Position numbers and translations under genes: made by a program. A model generated the notes under the pieces. It was not told where the DNA came from. It saw nothing but the letters and a program-made list of their open reading frames with translations, and did no database searches. A stretch of 64,000 nt of DNA from Coriobacteriaceae bacterium (lineage in GTDB: Bacteria > Bacillota > Clostridia > Lachnospirales > Lachnospiraceae): assembly GCA_963649395.1 (NCBI GenBank), contig CAVJHW010000001.1, positions 241-64,240 of the forward strand, given 5' to 3'. Shown here piece by piece: positions 40,490 through 51,230 of the stretch; position 1 is the stretch's first letter, and every line of letters begins with the position of its first letter.

Positions 40490-41545
40490 ATGCGGCTGAT
40501 TCATACGGCAGATATTCATTTGGGAGCTTCGCCGGATCCGGGATCTCCCTGGAGTGGCAGACGGCAGGAGGAGATTTGGAACAGCTGGAGGCGTTTGATC
40601 GACCAGGTCAGACAGGAGAGGGCGGATCTGCTGGTGATTGCCGGAGATCTCTTTCATCGTCAGCCCCTGGTGAGGGAGCTTAAGGAGGTGAATTACCTCT
40701 TTTCCACCATTCCGGATACCACTGTGGTATTGATGGCGGGGAACCATGACTACATAGGAAGGGGTTCCTATTATCCGGACTTCCCCTGGAATCCCAATGT
40801 GATAGGCTTGTGGGATTCCAGGTGTCAACGGGTAGAGATTCCCCGGAAGAATACCTGTGTCTATGGCTGCAGCTATCATCAGCGGGAGGTCAGGGACAAT
40901 CTATATGCCGGGGTCAGACCCCAGGGACGGGAGGCCTACCATATTTTGGTAGCTCACGGTGGGGATGACAGGCACAGCCCCCTGGACCGGAGGGAACTGG
41001 CAGCGGCAGGCTTCGATTATGTGGCTTTGGGACATATCCATAAGCCTCAGGTTCTGGTGGAGAATCGGGTGGCCTTTTCCGGTGCCCTGGAGCCCATTGA
41101 CCGAAATGATACGGGGATTCATGGCTACCGCCGGGTGACACTCTCGGCTGAGGGAGGGAGGGAGGAATTTGTGCCCTTTGCCTGTCGGTCTTATCTGGAT
41201 CTGGATGTGCAGGTGGAGGAATCCACGACCCAATTTCAGCTGGAGGAGGAGATCCGTGCCAGGATGGAGGAAGAGGGGCGGGAGAATATCTTCCGGCTGA
41301 GATTGGCGGGGCAGAGGGATGCAGAGATGGAATTCTCCCAAGACCGCCTGAGGCAGCTGGGGAATATCTCGGAGGTGGAAGATAGAAGTCAACCGGCCTA
41401 TGACTTGAAGCAGCTGGCGGAGACCTATGAGGGCAGCCTGATCGGCGCCTATATCCGGCATTTTGCCGACAGCAAGGATCCGGTGGAGCAGAAAGCATTA
41501 TTTTATGGTATCAGAGCCTTGCTGGATGCCAAGAGGGACTTATGA
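40490..41545 (+). CDS. Mre11/SbcD-like metallophosphoesterase (YhaO-like)
   Basis: HTADIHLG, AGDLF, GNHD and ALGHIHK motifs. Confidence 0.88.
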   Translation: MRLIHTADIHLGASPDPGSPWSGRRQEEIWNSWRRLIDQVRQERADLLVIAGDLFHRQPLVRELKEVNYLFSTIPDTTVVLMAGNHDYIGRGSYYPDFPWNPNVIGLWDSRCQRVEIPRKNTCVYGCSYHQREVRDNLYAGVRPQGREAYHILVAHGGDDRHSPLDRRELAAAGFDYVALGHIHKPQVLVENRVAFSGALEPIDRNDTGIHGYRRVTLSAEGGREEFVPFACRSYLDLDVQVEESTTQFQLEEEIRARMEEEGRENIFRLRLAGQRDAEMEFSQDRLRQLGNISEVEDRSQPAYDLKQLAETYEGSLIGAYIRHFADSKDPVEQKALFYGIRALLDAKRDL

Positions 41546-43086
41546 AACTGCGAGAATTGAAGATCAAGAACTTTGGGAAATTTCAACATCGCTCCATACT
41601 CCTGGAGGAGGGGCTGAATCTGATCTGCGGACAGAATGAAAGCGGGAAGTCAACGGTCCATACCTTCATTCGGAGCATGCTCTTCGGAATACGCAGGCAG
41701 AGGGGCAGGGCTTCCAGAAATGATCTTTACAGCCGCTACCAGCCCTGGGAGGATCCGACCAATTATGGGGGAGAGCTCCGCTTCGACAGCGGAGGCAAGA
41801 CCTTTCGATTGTCCCGGAATTTCGGACAGGGGCAGGCAGGCAGCCAGCTGATCTGTGAAACGGACGGGGAATGTCTGTCGGTGGAGGACGGGGATCTGAA
41901 GATGCTTCTGGGAGGGGTCAGTGAGAACCAATATGACAATACGGTTTCCATTGGTCAGCTCAAGGGGGTGACGGATGAGGGTTTGGCCACGGAGTTAAAG
42001 AATTATATGGCCAACTACCAGGGAACCATAGACGGGACCTTGGATCTGGAGGCAGCGGCAGGGCAGCTCAAGGAGAAGAAGAGGGAAAGAGAGCGGCAGA
42101 TCCGGGAGGAGAAGGCAGGTCAGGAGATCCGGCAGCAGGCTCTTTCCGCTCGGGTAGATTATGCCAGACAGGAATGCCGTCAATGGGAGGCCAATTGCAA
42201 GACCACGGAGGAGGCGCTGAATCAGGCTATTTTCCATCGAGAGGTTTCCCATAAGGACATGAAGAAGGTTCTGAAGGAATCCATGGAGAAGTCTGGCCGC
42301 AAATGGGTGCGGGTGGCCTGGATTCTGGCTATTATATCCTTTCTCATGTTCTTGTCCGTGCTCTTCTTCTTCAAGGTGCCTTCCCGCTTGATCCGAACCG
42401 GGCTGGCTATCTCCATATTGGCCTTGTTCTGGCTGGTGCTGCATGAGCTGCGACACCGAAAGCAGTCGGTTCTGGTGGAGGAGCCGGATGGGGAGGAGGA
42501 GAGGATCCAGAAGTTGCAATGGAACCTGGAATATCTGCAGCAGGAATTCTCTGCCAAGAAGACGGAGGTGGAGAATCTGGAGTTGGAATACCGGGAATAT
42601 TGCCTCTCCTGCGGGAACAAAAGCAGGCTGCAGGAGGATGTGAAGGCCCTGGAATTGGCTTTGGAGACCCTGGAGACCTTGTCAGGGGAGCTGCAAAGGC
42701 AGGTGGGAAGGGGATTGAAGGATCGCATGTCAGAGATCCTGTCTCAGATTACAGGGGGAAGGTATGAGGCCGTATCCCTGGATGGGGAGATGAAAATGGG
42801 TTTGCACAGTCGGGATCAATACCTGCCCCTCACCCAGGCCAGCAGGGGAACCGTGGAGCAGACCTATTTTGCCCTGCGCATGGCAGCGGCAGACCTTCTG
42901 TGTGCCGAGGAAGACCTGCCGATTCTATTGGATGAGGTCTTTGCTATGTATGACGACCAGCGGCTGACCCAGGTTCTGCATTGGCTTAGCCGCCAGAAGC
43001 GCCAGATTCTTCTCTTTACCTGTCACAGCCGGGAGGAAAGACTGCTGGCGGAGCAGGGGATCCCCTTCCACAAGGTGGCCTTGTAG
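41542..43086 (+). CDS. Rad50/SbcC-like ATPase (YhaN-like, AAA_27) with central TM helices
   Basis: GQNESGKST, coiled coil, SRGT signature, LLDEVF and FTCH motifs; ATGA overlap with the upstream gene. Confidence 0.85.
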   Translation: MKLRELKIKNFGKFQHRSILLEEGLNLICGQNESGKSTVHTFIRSMLFGIRRQRGRASRNDLYSRYQPWEDPTNYGGELRFDSGGKTFRLSRNFGQGQAGSQLICETDGECLSVEDGDLKMLLGGVSENQYDNTVSIGQLKGVTDEGLATELKNYMANYQGTIDGTLDLEAAAGQLKEKKRERERQIREEKAGQEIRQQALSARVDYARQECRQWEANCKTTEEALNQAIFHREVSHKDMKKVLKESMEKSGRKWVRVAWILAIISFLMFLSVLFFFKVPSRLIRTGLAISILALFWLVLHELRHRKQSVLVEEPDGEEERIQKLQWNLEYLQQEFSAKKTEVENLELEYREYCLSCGNKSRLQEDVKALELALETLETLSGELQRQVGRGLKDRMSEILSQITGGRYEAVSLDGEMKMGLHSRDQYLPLTQASRGTVEQTYFALRMAAADLLCAEEDLPILLDEVFAMYDDQRLTQVLHWLSRQKRQILLFTCHSREERLLAEQGIPFHKVAL

Positions 43087-43132
43087 GACAGGGAGGAACC
43101 TCGGTTATCGCGCCAGTCAGGTACCAGTCAGG

Positions 43133-43909
43133 TCAGTCCTTACAGCAGGCCAGAACCTTTTGAAAGTCCAGGGAACCGCCGAAGAGGTCCAGCGCGCTTC
43201 CTACGGTTACATCTACCACATTTTTGCCCGCTTTCTTGAGGAGGCGGAGATCTTCATAGCTTCCCACGCCCCCGGCGTAGGTGACGGGGAAGCCCTTCAG
43301 ACCGGCCAGGAGCTCTACCAGGCTGACTTCAATGCCTGCGGCCTTGCCCTCCACGTCTGCCGCATGAATCAGGAATTCATCACAGCAGGAGGACAATTCC
43401 TGAAGAATCTCCGGATCCAGCCGGACATCGGTAAACTTCTGCCAGCGGTCGGTGACGATATAGTAAGCGCCATCCCTGCGGCGGCAGCTCAGATCCAGAA
43501 CCAAATGCCTTCGGCCTACAGCCTGGATCAGACCTTGAAGATTTGCCCGATTGATCTGTCCGTCTCGGAAGACATAAGAGGTAACAATGACATGGCTGGC
43601 TCCGGCATCCAGGAAGGCAGCGGCATTGTCTGCCGTGACGCCGCCCCCCAGCTGCAATCCTCCCGGCCAGGCTTGCAAGGCAGCCATAGCCTGGGCCCTG
43701 GTGGCAGGGTAATAGGGAGAATCCCCAGGGTTCAGAAGGATGACATGGCCGCCGGTCAGACCCATTTTCCGATAGAGGCGGGCATAGAAGGGGGCGTCCT
43801 GGTCTGAGACAAAGTTTTCCGAGGCCTGGTTGCCCACATCTGACAGGCTGCCGCCTATGATTTGCTTGACTTTTCCATTATGGATATCTATACAAGGTCG
43901 AAATCTCAT
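43133..43909 (-). CDS. hisA: ProFAR isomerase (His6/eukaryotic-type HisA)
   Basis: MRFRPCIDIHNGKVKQIIGG, LVLDLSCR, TDRWQ and VGSALDLFGG motifs. Confidence 0.9.
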   Translation of the reverse strand: MRFRPCIDIHNGKVKQIIGGSLSDVGNQASENFVSDQDAPFYARLYRKMGLTGGHVILLNPGDSPYYPATRAQAMAALQAWPGGLQLGGGVTADNAAAFLDAGASHVIVTSYVFRDGQINRANLQGLIQAVGRRHLVLDLSCRRRDGAYYIVTDRWQKFTDVRLDPEILQELSSCCDEFLIHAADVEGKAAGIEVSLVELLAGLKGFPVTYAGGVGSYEDLRLLKKAGKNVVDVTVGSALDLFGGSLDFQKVLACCKD

Positions 43910-44185
43910 AAATCAATACAATCCTTTCGCTGCGTTCAATGGTATTCTCATTGTATCTTAAAAATGAAAAGGTATCAACCGCAAACAGATGAAGGGGGCT
44001 TATCGGTGAATCGGACAGCAGACCAGGGGGCCGCCCCGTTTTTTTTTACTATTGATTGATGTTTTGAGCAAAAGGTGGTAATATGCAAGTGCTTGACCAA
44101 TGCCCGGGAAGTCGGGGCAGGCTGGCGTCAAGGATAGAACGGTAGGTCATGGGGGAGGAAGAGTCCGAAAGGAGTACATATCATT

Positions 44186-44749
44186 ATGAAGACAAGAAAA
44201 CTATCGACCAAGGAAATTGCCTTGATTGGCCTTATGGCAGCGATCCTGTGTCTGGCGGCGCCCTTTTCCGTCCCCATAGGACCGGTGCCTATCTCTTTGG
44301 CAACCCTGGCGATCTATTTCACTATCTACTTATTAGGAGCCTTTTGCGGCACCCTCAGCTGTTTGATCTACCTCTTGCTAGGCTTGGTGGGACTGCCGGT
44401 CTTCTCCGGCTTTAGCAGCGGCCCGGAGAAGCTGCTGGGGCCTACGGGCGGCTATCTGATTGGTTACCTGCTTATGGCCTGGATCGGGGGTATTTTCCTT
44501 GATAGATATCGGAAGAATATTCTGCTGCAATTCCTGGGTCTGGTCCTGGGAACGGCTGCTTGCTATATTCTGGGCACCGCCTGGCTGGCTCAGCAGGCGA
44601 GTCTGAGCCTGAGGGCGGCTCTCTGGGCTGGGGTAATCCCCTTTATTCCGGGAGATTTGATTAAAATCGTTGCTGCCATGGCAGTGGCACCTCAGATTCG
44701 CAGGCAGCTGGATCGCTTTCGTCCGCAAGATCAGAGGATTTCCAGGTAG
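44186..44749 (+). CDS. bioY: Biotin ECF S-component BioY
   Basis: GPVPISL, GLPVFSG, GPTGGYLIG and PFIPGDLIK motifs. Confidence 0.92.
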   Translation: MKTRKLSTKEIALIGLMAAILCLAAPFSVPIGPVPISLATLAIYFTIYLLGAFCGTLSCLIYLLLGLVGLPVFSGFSSGPEKLLGPTGGYLIGYLLMAWIGGIFLDRYRKNILLQFLGLVLGTAACYILGTAWLAQQASLSLRAALWAGVIPFIPGDLIKIVAAMAVAPQIRRQLDRFRPQDQRISR

Positions 44750-44779
44750 TTTCAGATTGTTGATAAGAGAGGAAGGAAC

Positions 44780-46123
44780 ATGAACCATCTATTTTCCAAC
44801 AGGGATCTGAAGAGGCTGCTGTTTCCTATCGTGATTGAGCAATTGCTGAATTCCTTGATGGGAACTGCGGATACCATTATGGTCAGCAACATCGGATCGG
44901 AGGCTATCTCTGCGGTATCTCTGGTGGATTCCATCAATGTGCTGATGATCCAGGCCTTTGCCGCTTTGGCTGCCGGAGGAACCATTGTTTGCTCCCATTA
45001 CGTAGGGAGCCGTAAGATGAAGGAGGCCAATCATTCGGCCCAGCAGCTTCTGCTGACTGTGACGGTGCTGTCCATGGCCATCATGGGCGTTTGCCAGCTC
45101 CTTCGCAATCCCATGCTTTCCCTGATTTTTGGTCAGATCGAGGAGGCTGTGATGGTCAATGCCCGGATCTACTTCTTCTATACGGCTTTGTCCTTTCCCT
45201 TTATTGCCATGTACAATGCGGGAGCTGCTATTTTCCGATCCCAGGAGAATACCCGATTGCCTATGCTGATCTCGGTGGCATCCAATTTCCTGAATATCGG
45301 GGGCAATGCCATCTTAATCTGGGGTTTTCGTATGGGGGTGGCCGGTGCGGCGATCCCTACCCTTGTCTCCCGTATCTTCTGCGCAGTGATGGTTCTGGCT
45401 TGTTTGCATCGTTCCAAATACCAGATTCAGATTAGGGACTATCGTAAGATTCGACCGGATTGGCCGGCGATTCGGAAGATTCTGTCCATCGGAATTCCCT
45501 CCGGTGTGGAAAATAGTATGTTCCAGCTGGGCAAGCTGGCAGTCCAGTCTACGGTATCTACCCTGGGGACTACAGCCATTGCCGCTCAGGCTATGACCAA
45601 TATTCTGGAGGGGCTGAACGGAGTTGCCGGGATGGGGATCGGAATCGGCCTCATGACGGTGGTAGGGGAATGTCTGGGAGCCGGGCGACAGGATGAGGCA
45701 GTCTACTATATCAAGAAGCTTTCCCTGGTGGCAGAGGTCGCTGTTGCAGCCTCCTGCCTCCTGGTTCTGGCTCTGACCAAGCCGATCACCTGGATCGGAG
45801 GCATGGATCCGGCCAGTGCCAACCTTTGCTTCCAGATGGTGGTAGCCATTACGGTGGTGAAACCCCTGCTCTGGGTCCTCTCCTTTGTACCAGGATACGG
45901 AATGCGGGCGGCGGGAGATGTGAGATTCTCCATGATCCTATCCTGTGCCTCCATGTGGACCTTTCGAGTGGTGACCTGTATCATACTTTGCCGTTATATG
46001 GGATTTGGACCCATGGGGGTCTGGATTGCCATGTTCCTGGATTGGGGCTTCCGGGCTTTCAGCTACAGTCTGCGCTTTCGAAGCCGTCGCTGGCTCCTGC
46101 ACAAGGTCATAGACAAGGAATAA
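44780..46123 (+). CDS. MATE family efflux transporter
   Basis: ADTIMVS and GVAGAAIPT motifs; about 12 TMs. Confidence 0.88.
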   Translation: MNHLFSNRDLKRLLFPIVIEQLLNSLMGTADTIMVSNIGSEAISAVSLVDSINVLMIQAFAALAAGGTIVCSHYVGSRKMKEANHSAQQLLLTVTVLSMAIMGVCQLLRNPMLSLIFGQIEEAVMVNARIYFFYTALSFPFIAMYNAGAAIFRSQENTRLPMLISVASNFLNIGGNAILIWGFRMGVAGAAIPTLVSRIFCAVMVLACLHRSKYQIQIRDYRKIRPDWPAIRKILSIGIPSGVENSMFQLGKLAVQSTVSTLGTTAIAAQAMTNILEGLNGVAGMGIGIGLMTVVGECLGAGRQDEAVYYIKKLSLVAEVAVAASCLLVLALTKPITWIGGMDPASANLCFQMVVAITVVKPLLWVLSFVPGYGMRAAGDVRFSMILSCASMWTFRVVTCIILCRYMGFGPMGVWIAMFLDWGFRAFSYSLRFRSRRWLLHKVIDKE

Positions 46124-46206
46124 AGCAAAAGCATAGCTTTTCTTTTGATATAAATGTGGTATAATGCAAGCAAAATATTGACTTTAGGGAGGGTAATCAG
46201 GTAGTC

Positions 46207-47565
46207 ATGCAGATTTTGATTGTTGGCTGCGGGAAAGTGGGAAGAGTCCTGGCGGTTAAGCTATCCAAAGAGGATAACAATGTAACGGTAGTGGATATGA
46301 ATCCGGAGGTGGTTCGGAGCATATCCACTGCATATGATGTAATGGGGGTTGTGGGAAATGGCGCCAGCTACAGTGTCCTGTCGGAGGCTGACCTAGAACA
46401 TACGGATATTCTCATTGCAGTGACCCACAATGATGAGGTGAATCTTCTCTGCTGTGTGGTGGCCAAGAAGGCGGCCAATTGCCATACTATTGCCAGGGTT
46501 CGAAATCCCATCTATTCCACCGAGAGGGAGTTCCTTCGCCGGGAACTGGGGCTGTCTATGATCATCAATCCAGAATGGGCAGCGGCTCATGAGATTTCCC
46601 GCCTGCTGCGCTTTCCCTCGGCCATTGAGATTGACAGCTTTTCCAAGGGACGCATTGAAATGCTCCGCTTTAAGGTGCCCAAGGATTCCCTGATGGTCGG
46701 CCATGCTTTGAAGGAAATGCCCCACAAGCTGCAGCTGGAGGTTTTGGTATGCGCAGCAGAGCGCAAGGGTCAGGTCCTTATCCCGGACGGTAATTATGTG
46801 GTGCAGGAGGGGGATACCCTATCCATCGTGGCAAAGCCTCAAAATGCCAATGTTTTCTTCAAGAAGATCGGCATCCGGACCAACCAGGTGAAGAATACCA
46901 TGATCATTGGGGGCGGCTCTATCACCTTCTATCTGACCCAGATGCTGGAGACCATGGGGATCCAGGTTAAGATTGTGGAGATCAGGAGAGAACGGTGCGA
47001 GGAGCTCAGCGAGCTCCTGCCCAAGGCAACCGTAATCTGTGGAGACGGCAGTGATCAGGAGCTCTTGCAGGAGGAACATCTGGAGCAGATGGACTCCCTG
47101 GTGGCCTGCACGGGGATGGATGAGGAGAATATTATCCTATCCCTCTATGCCAAGGATAAGGTTCGCTCCAAGGTGGTGACCAAGATGAACCACTTGGACT
47201 TTAATGATGTGATTCACAGCTTGAATCTGGACAGTCTGGTCTATCCCAAGAATATTACGGCGGAGACCATCCTCCAATATGTCCGGGCTATGGCCAACAC
47301 GGTGGGAAGCAATGTAGAGACTCTCTACAAGCTGATGGATGACCGGGTAGAAGCCTTGGAATTCATCATCAGTCCCAAGGCTACCATTACCGGAATTTGT
47401 CTGCAGGATATGCGATTTAAGAAGGGGCTCCTGATTGCGGGTATCATGCGAAAGGGCAAGTTTATCATACCCGGCGGCCAGGATGTCTTCCAGGTGGGGG
47501 ACTCGGTCATTGTTGTGACGACGAACAGCGGTTTTCAGGATGTCTATGATATCCTGGAAGAGTAA
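46207..47565 (+). CDS. trkA: Trk potassium uptake NAD-binding subunit
   Basis: Two RCK N/C repeats; GCGKVG and IIGGG motifs. Confidence 0.92.
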   Translation: MQILIVGCGKVGRVLAVKLSKEDNNVTVVDMNPEVVRSISTAYDVMGVVGNGASYSVLSEADLEHTDILIAVTHNDEVNLLCCVVAKKAANCHTIARVRNPIYSTEREFLRRELGLSMIINPEWAAAHEISRLLRFPSAIEIDSFSKGRIEMLRFKVPKDSLMVGHALKEMPHKLQLEVLVCAAERKGQVLIPDGNYVVQEGDTLSIVAKPQNANVFFKKIGIRTNQVKNTMIIGGGSITFYLTQMLETMGIQVKIVEIRRERCEELSELLPKATVICGDGSDQELLQEEHLEQMDSLVACTGMDEENIILSLYAKDKVRSKVVTKMNHLDFNDVIHSLNLDSLVYPKNITAETILQYVRAMANTVGSNVETLYKLMDDRVEALEFIISPKATITGICLQDMRFKKGLLIAGIMRKGKFIIPGGQDVFQVGDSVIVVTTNSGFQDVYDILEE

Positions 47566-47577
47566 GGGAGGGGCAGG

Positions 47578-49020
47578 ATGAATTATTCAATGATTCGCTA
47601 TATTCTGGCCTGGGTGTTGAAGGTAGAGGGAGCTCTGATGGGGCTCCCCTGTATCATTGCGTTGATTTATGGAGAAAGGGAGGGGTATGCCTACCTTTTC
47701 TGTATGGCTGTCTGTCTGGCAATCGGATTTCTGGGTTCTTTTAAGAAGCCGGAGAATACGGAGATCTACCAGAAGGATGGCTTTGCTGCCGTGGCTTTGG
47801 CCTGGATTGTCCTAAGTCTCTTCGGAGCCATTCCCTTCATGCTGACAGGGGAGGTAAAATCCTATGTGGATGCCCTCTTCGAGATTGTATCCGGCTTCAC
47901 CACAACGGGGGCTTCCATTCTGAAGGATGTGGAGGCGGTCTCCCATGCCACCCTTCTGTGGAGAAGCTTCTCCCACTGGGTAGGGGGCATGGGGGTTTTG
48001 GTTTTTATCCTGATGCTGATTCCCGTGAAGAATGGATCTCAGATGAACCTGATGCGGGCAGAGAGCCCCGGGCCCTCCGTATCCAAGTTTGTGCCCCGGG
48101 TTCGGAATACGGCGATTATCCTCTATAAGATCTACGTGGTCATGACCATCCTGCAGATCCTCCTCCTGCTCATCAGCAAGATGAATTGGTTTGATGCCCT
48201 TTGTATGTCCTTTGGAAGTGCAGGTACGGGGGGCTTCAGCATCCTCAATACCGGCTGTGCCTCTTATACCCCGGTGCAGCAGTGGATTATCACGGTCTTC
48301 ATGATCCTCTTCGGAGTGAATTTCAGCTTCTATTATCTCATCCTCTGCAAAAAGGCAGGGGCTGCCCTGAAAATGGAGGAGGTTCGGGCCTATTTTATCA
48401 TTATTGGGGTGGCCATCCTCCTGATTACCTGGAATATCAGCAGCCGGTACGCATCCATGGGACATGCCCTGCGGGATGCCGCCTTTCAGGTGGGAAGTAT
48501 CATCACTACTACCGGATATTCCACCACAGACTTTAACCTGTGGCCGGAGCTGTCCAAGTATATCCTGATCCTTTTGATGTTTATCGGGGCTTGCGCAGGC
48601 AGCACCGGCGGGGGCATCAAGGTATCCCGAATTGTGATATTATGCAAGTCTATTGGCAAGGAGATGCAGGTGATTGCCCACCCCAGAGGCATTCAGAAGG
48701 TCAAGATGGACGGAAAAACGGTGGAGCATGAGATCCAGCGGTCCATCAATGTATTTTTCATTGCCTATATGGTGATCTTTGCAGCCTCCGTCCTGGTCAT
48801 CAGTTTTGACGAATTTTCCTTTGAGACCAATTTCACGGCGGTAGCAGCTACATTGAACAACATAGGTCCCGGCATGGACATGGTGGGACCGGCGGGGAAT
48901 TTTGCCGCCTATAGCCCCATTTCCAAGATTATGCTGACCTTGGATATGCTGGCAGGAAGACTGGAGCTCTTCCCCTTCCTGATCCTCTTCTGCCCTTCCA
49001 CCTGGAAGGGGCAGGGCTGA
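47578..49020 (+). CDS. trkH: Trk potassium uptake permease
   Basis: SGFTTTGA, GTGGF, TTTGY, GSTGGGIK, NNIGPG and GRLE motifs. Confidence 0.93.
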   Translation: MNYSMIRYILAWVLKVEGALMGLPCIIALIYGEREGYAYLFCMAVCLAIGFLGSFKKPENTEIYQKDGFAAVALAWIVLSLFGAIPFMLTGEVKSYVDALFEIVSGFTTTGASILKDVEAVSHATLLWRSFSHWVGGMGVLVFILMLIPVKNGSQMNLMRAESPGPSVSKFVPRVRNTAIILYKIYVVMTILQILLLLISKMNWFDALCMSFGSAGTGGFSILNTGCASYTPVQQWIITVFMILFGVNFSFYYLILCKKAGAALKMEEVRAYFIIIGVAILLITWNISSRYASMGHALRDAAFQVGSIITTTGYSTTDFNLWPELSKYILILLMFIGACAGSTGGGIKVSRIVILCKSIGKEMQVIAHPRGIQKVKMDGKTVEHEIQRSINVFFIAYMVIFAASVLVISFDEFSFETNFTAVAATLNNIGPGMDMVGPAGNFAAYSPISKIMLTLDMLAGRLELFPFLILFCPSTWKGQG

Positions 49021-49095
49021 TCCCTTTTGACTTTTAGCTGCGGCGGACTTTCACTTGGGCAGCAGAAGTGTTTGATTTGAGAGGAGATGTACGAT

Positions 49096-50151
49096 ATGAG
49101 TGACTGGAGAGACAAGGTGCGAAGAGTTGTCCCCTATGTGCCGGGGGAGCAGCCGGATCAGCCGGATATGATTAAATTGAATACCAATGAAAATCCTTAT
49201 CCACCGGCTCCTGGCGTGAGGAAGGCCCTGGAGGCTTTTGATACAGACCGTCTTCGTCTGTATCCGGATCCCAAGGCTGGGGTGCTGACCCAGGCATTGG
49301 CGGACTACTATGGGGTCAAGCCCACTCAAGTCTTTGTAGGAGTGGGATCTGACGATGTCCTGGCCATGTCCTTTTTGACCTTTTTCCATTCAGACAAGCC
49401 CATCCTCTTTCCGGATATCACTTATTCCTTCTATGATGTGTGGGCAGAGGAATTTCGGATTCCTTATGTCACCAAGGCGCTGGATGACAACTTCCACATA
49501 GTGCCGGAGGATTATTTCGGGGAGAATGGAGGAGTCATCTTCCCTAATCCCAATGCTCCCACCGGTGTGGAGCTGCCCTTGTCAGCGATCGAGGACATTT
49601 TGCAGCATAATCGGGATGTGGTGGTGATAGTGGATGAGGCCTATGTGGACTTCGGCGCCAGGACTGCCCTTCCCCTGCTGGAAAAGTATGACAACCTTCT
49701 GGTGGTGCAGACCTTTTCCAAGTCCCGGTCTATGGCGGGAATGCGGATCGGCTTCTGCATAGGCAATGAGGAGCTGATCTCCTATCTGAATGACGTGAAA
49801 TATTCCTTCAACTCCTATACCATGGATCAGCTGACTCTGGCTTTGGGGACGGAGGCATTGAAGGATCAAGCTTATTTTCAGGAGACGGTAGACAAGATTG
49901 TAAAGACTCGGGAATGGACCAAGAAGGAGCTGAGACGGCTGGGATTTACCTTCGAGGATTCCAAGGCCAATTTTATTTTCGCCAGTCATGAGACCATACC
50001 CGCTGGCCAGATCTTCCAGGCCTTGCGGGAGAGACATATCTATGTCCGCTATTTTGACAAACCCAGGATTGACAACTACCTGCGCATTACCATAGGAACC
50101 CGGGAGGAGATGGAGACGCTGATCGAGTTCCTGGACCACTTGTTAGCATAG
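49096..50151 (+). CDS. hisC: Histidinol-phosphate aminotransferase
   Basis: KLNTNENPY, PNPNAPTG, DEAY and TFSKSRSMAGMRIG motifs. Start at 49096 or 49087. Confidence 0.92.
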   Translation: MSDWRDKVRRVVPYVPGEQPDQPDMIKLNTNENPYPPAPGVRKALEAFDTDRLRLYPDPKAGVLTQALADYYGVKPTQVFVGVGSDDVLAMSFLTFFHSDKPILFPDITYSFYDVWAEEFRIPYVTKALDDNFHIVPEDYFGENGGVIFPNPNAPTGVELPLSAIEDILQHNRDVVVIVDEAYVDFGARTALPLLEKYDNLLVVQTFSKSRSMAGMRIGFCIGNEELISYLNDVKYSFNSYTMDQLTLALGTEALKDQAYFQETVDKIVKTREWTKKELRRLGFTFEDSKANFIFASHETIPAGQIFQALRERHIYVRYFDKPRIDNYLRITIGTREEMETLIEFLDHLLA

Positions 50152-50180
50152 TTGGATAGAAAAGAGGATAACAAAGAACC

Positions 50181-51146
50181 ATGGACGAGAATGAAGTAGA
50201 TGTGCCGGTGTACCTGATCACCGGCTTTTTGGAAAGTGGAAAGTCCACATTTATCGATTTTACGGTGCAGCAGGAATATTTCCAGATTGACGGTCCCACC
50301 CTGCTTTTGTCCTGCGAGGAAGGGGAAGTGGAGTATGACGAGAAGATGTTGCACAGGCATTTGACGGTTTTAGAAAAGATCGAGGAGCCGGAGGATTTTA
50401 CCCTGGAGAGATTGAGAACCTTGCAAAGAAGGTATCAGCCGGAGCGGGTGATTCTGGAGTACAATCCCCTGTGGAGTGTCCAAAAGCTGGAGACCATGGA
50501 GCTGCCGGAGGGCTGGGGTATTGTCCAGCATATCGTTACGGTGGATGGAAGCTCCTTCCAGGTCTATAGGAATAATATGAAGTCCCTTTTTGTGGAAATG
50601 GTGAAGAATGCGGATATGGTCATGTTCAACCGCTGTTCCATGGAATTGCCCCTGGCTAACTTTCGCCGAAGCATCAAGGTGGTGAACCCGGGCTGTGAGA
50701 TCCTTTTTGAGGATTCCAGCGGGGAGTTGACGGATATTTTCGAGGATTCGCTTCCTTATGATCTGGAGGCGGAGGTCGTAGAGATTGAGGATGTAGACTT
50801 TGGCATTTTTTATGTGGATGCGGGGGAACATCCGGAGCGTTACCAGGGCAAGACCCTTCGATTGAAGGGCATGGTGCTGAAGAGCCGGGGAGCCGGGGCA
50901 GATTATTTCGTCCCGGGACGCAAGGCTATGACTTGCTGCGCGGATGATACCACCTTCATCGGTTATCTATGCCGGGGGAAGAATGCTAAGGAGGTAGAGG
51001 ATCTGGACATGGGCAGCTGGGTGGAGGTGACGGCAGTCATCGACTACCGCTATGAGAAGGTCTACCATGAGACGGGTCCGGTTCTTCTGGCTCAGGAGAT
51101 TAAGCCCGCCCAGGCGCCGGAGTCGGAGCTGGTTTATTTCAATTGA
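50181..51146 (+). CDS. CobW/G3E-like GTPase domain fused to a DUF1980-like C-terminal domain
   Basis: ITGFLESGKST, CEEGEVE and C-terminal MTCCADD motifs. Confidence 0.7.
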   Translation: MDENEVDVPVYLITGFLESGKSTFIDFTVQQEYFQIDGPTLLLSCEEGEVEYDEKMLHRHLTVLEKIEEPEDFTLERLRTLQRRYQPERVILEYNPLWSVQKLETMELPEGWGIVQHIVTVDGSSFQVYRNNMKSLFVEMVKNADMVMFNRCSMELPLANFRRSIKVVNPGCEILFEDSSGELTDIFEDSLPYDLEAEVVEIEDVDFGIFYVDAGEHPERYQGKTLRLKGMVLKSRGAGADYFVPGRKAMTCCADDTTFIGYLCRGKNAKEVEDLDMGSWVEVTAVIDYRYEKVYHETGPVLLAQEIKPAQAPESELVYFN

Positions 51147-51230
51147 TGGCATGGAAGGGTAGCGGACGCTTGTGATTGTTTATGCAGTCGGGCCAAGGAA
51201 CGAAAGACAGCAGCATTCGGGGGAAAAGAT

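Noticed and set aside
38996..40879. 627-aa minus-strand ORF and similar long antisense ORFs (e.g. 16374..17864, 10622..11932, 54005..55045)
   Set aside because: These are antisense shadows of well-supported genes (asnS, secA, ABC, mfd), expected with GC-rich codon bias.
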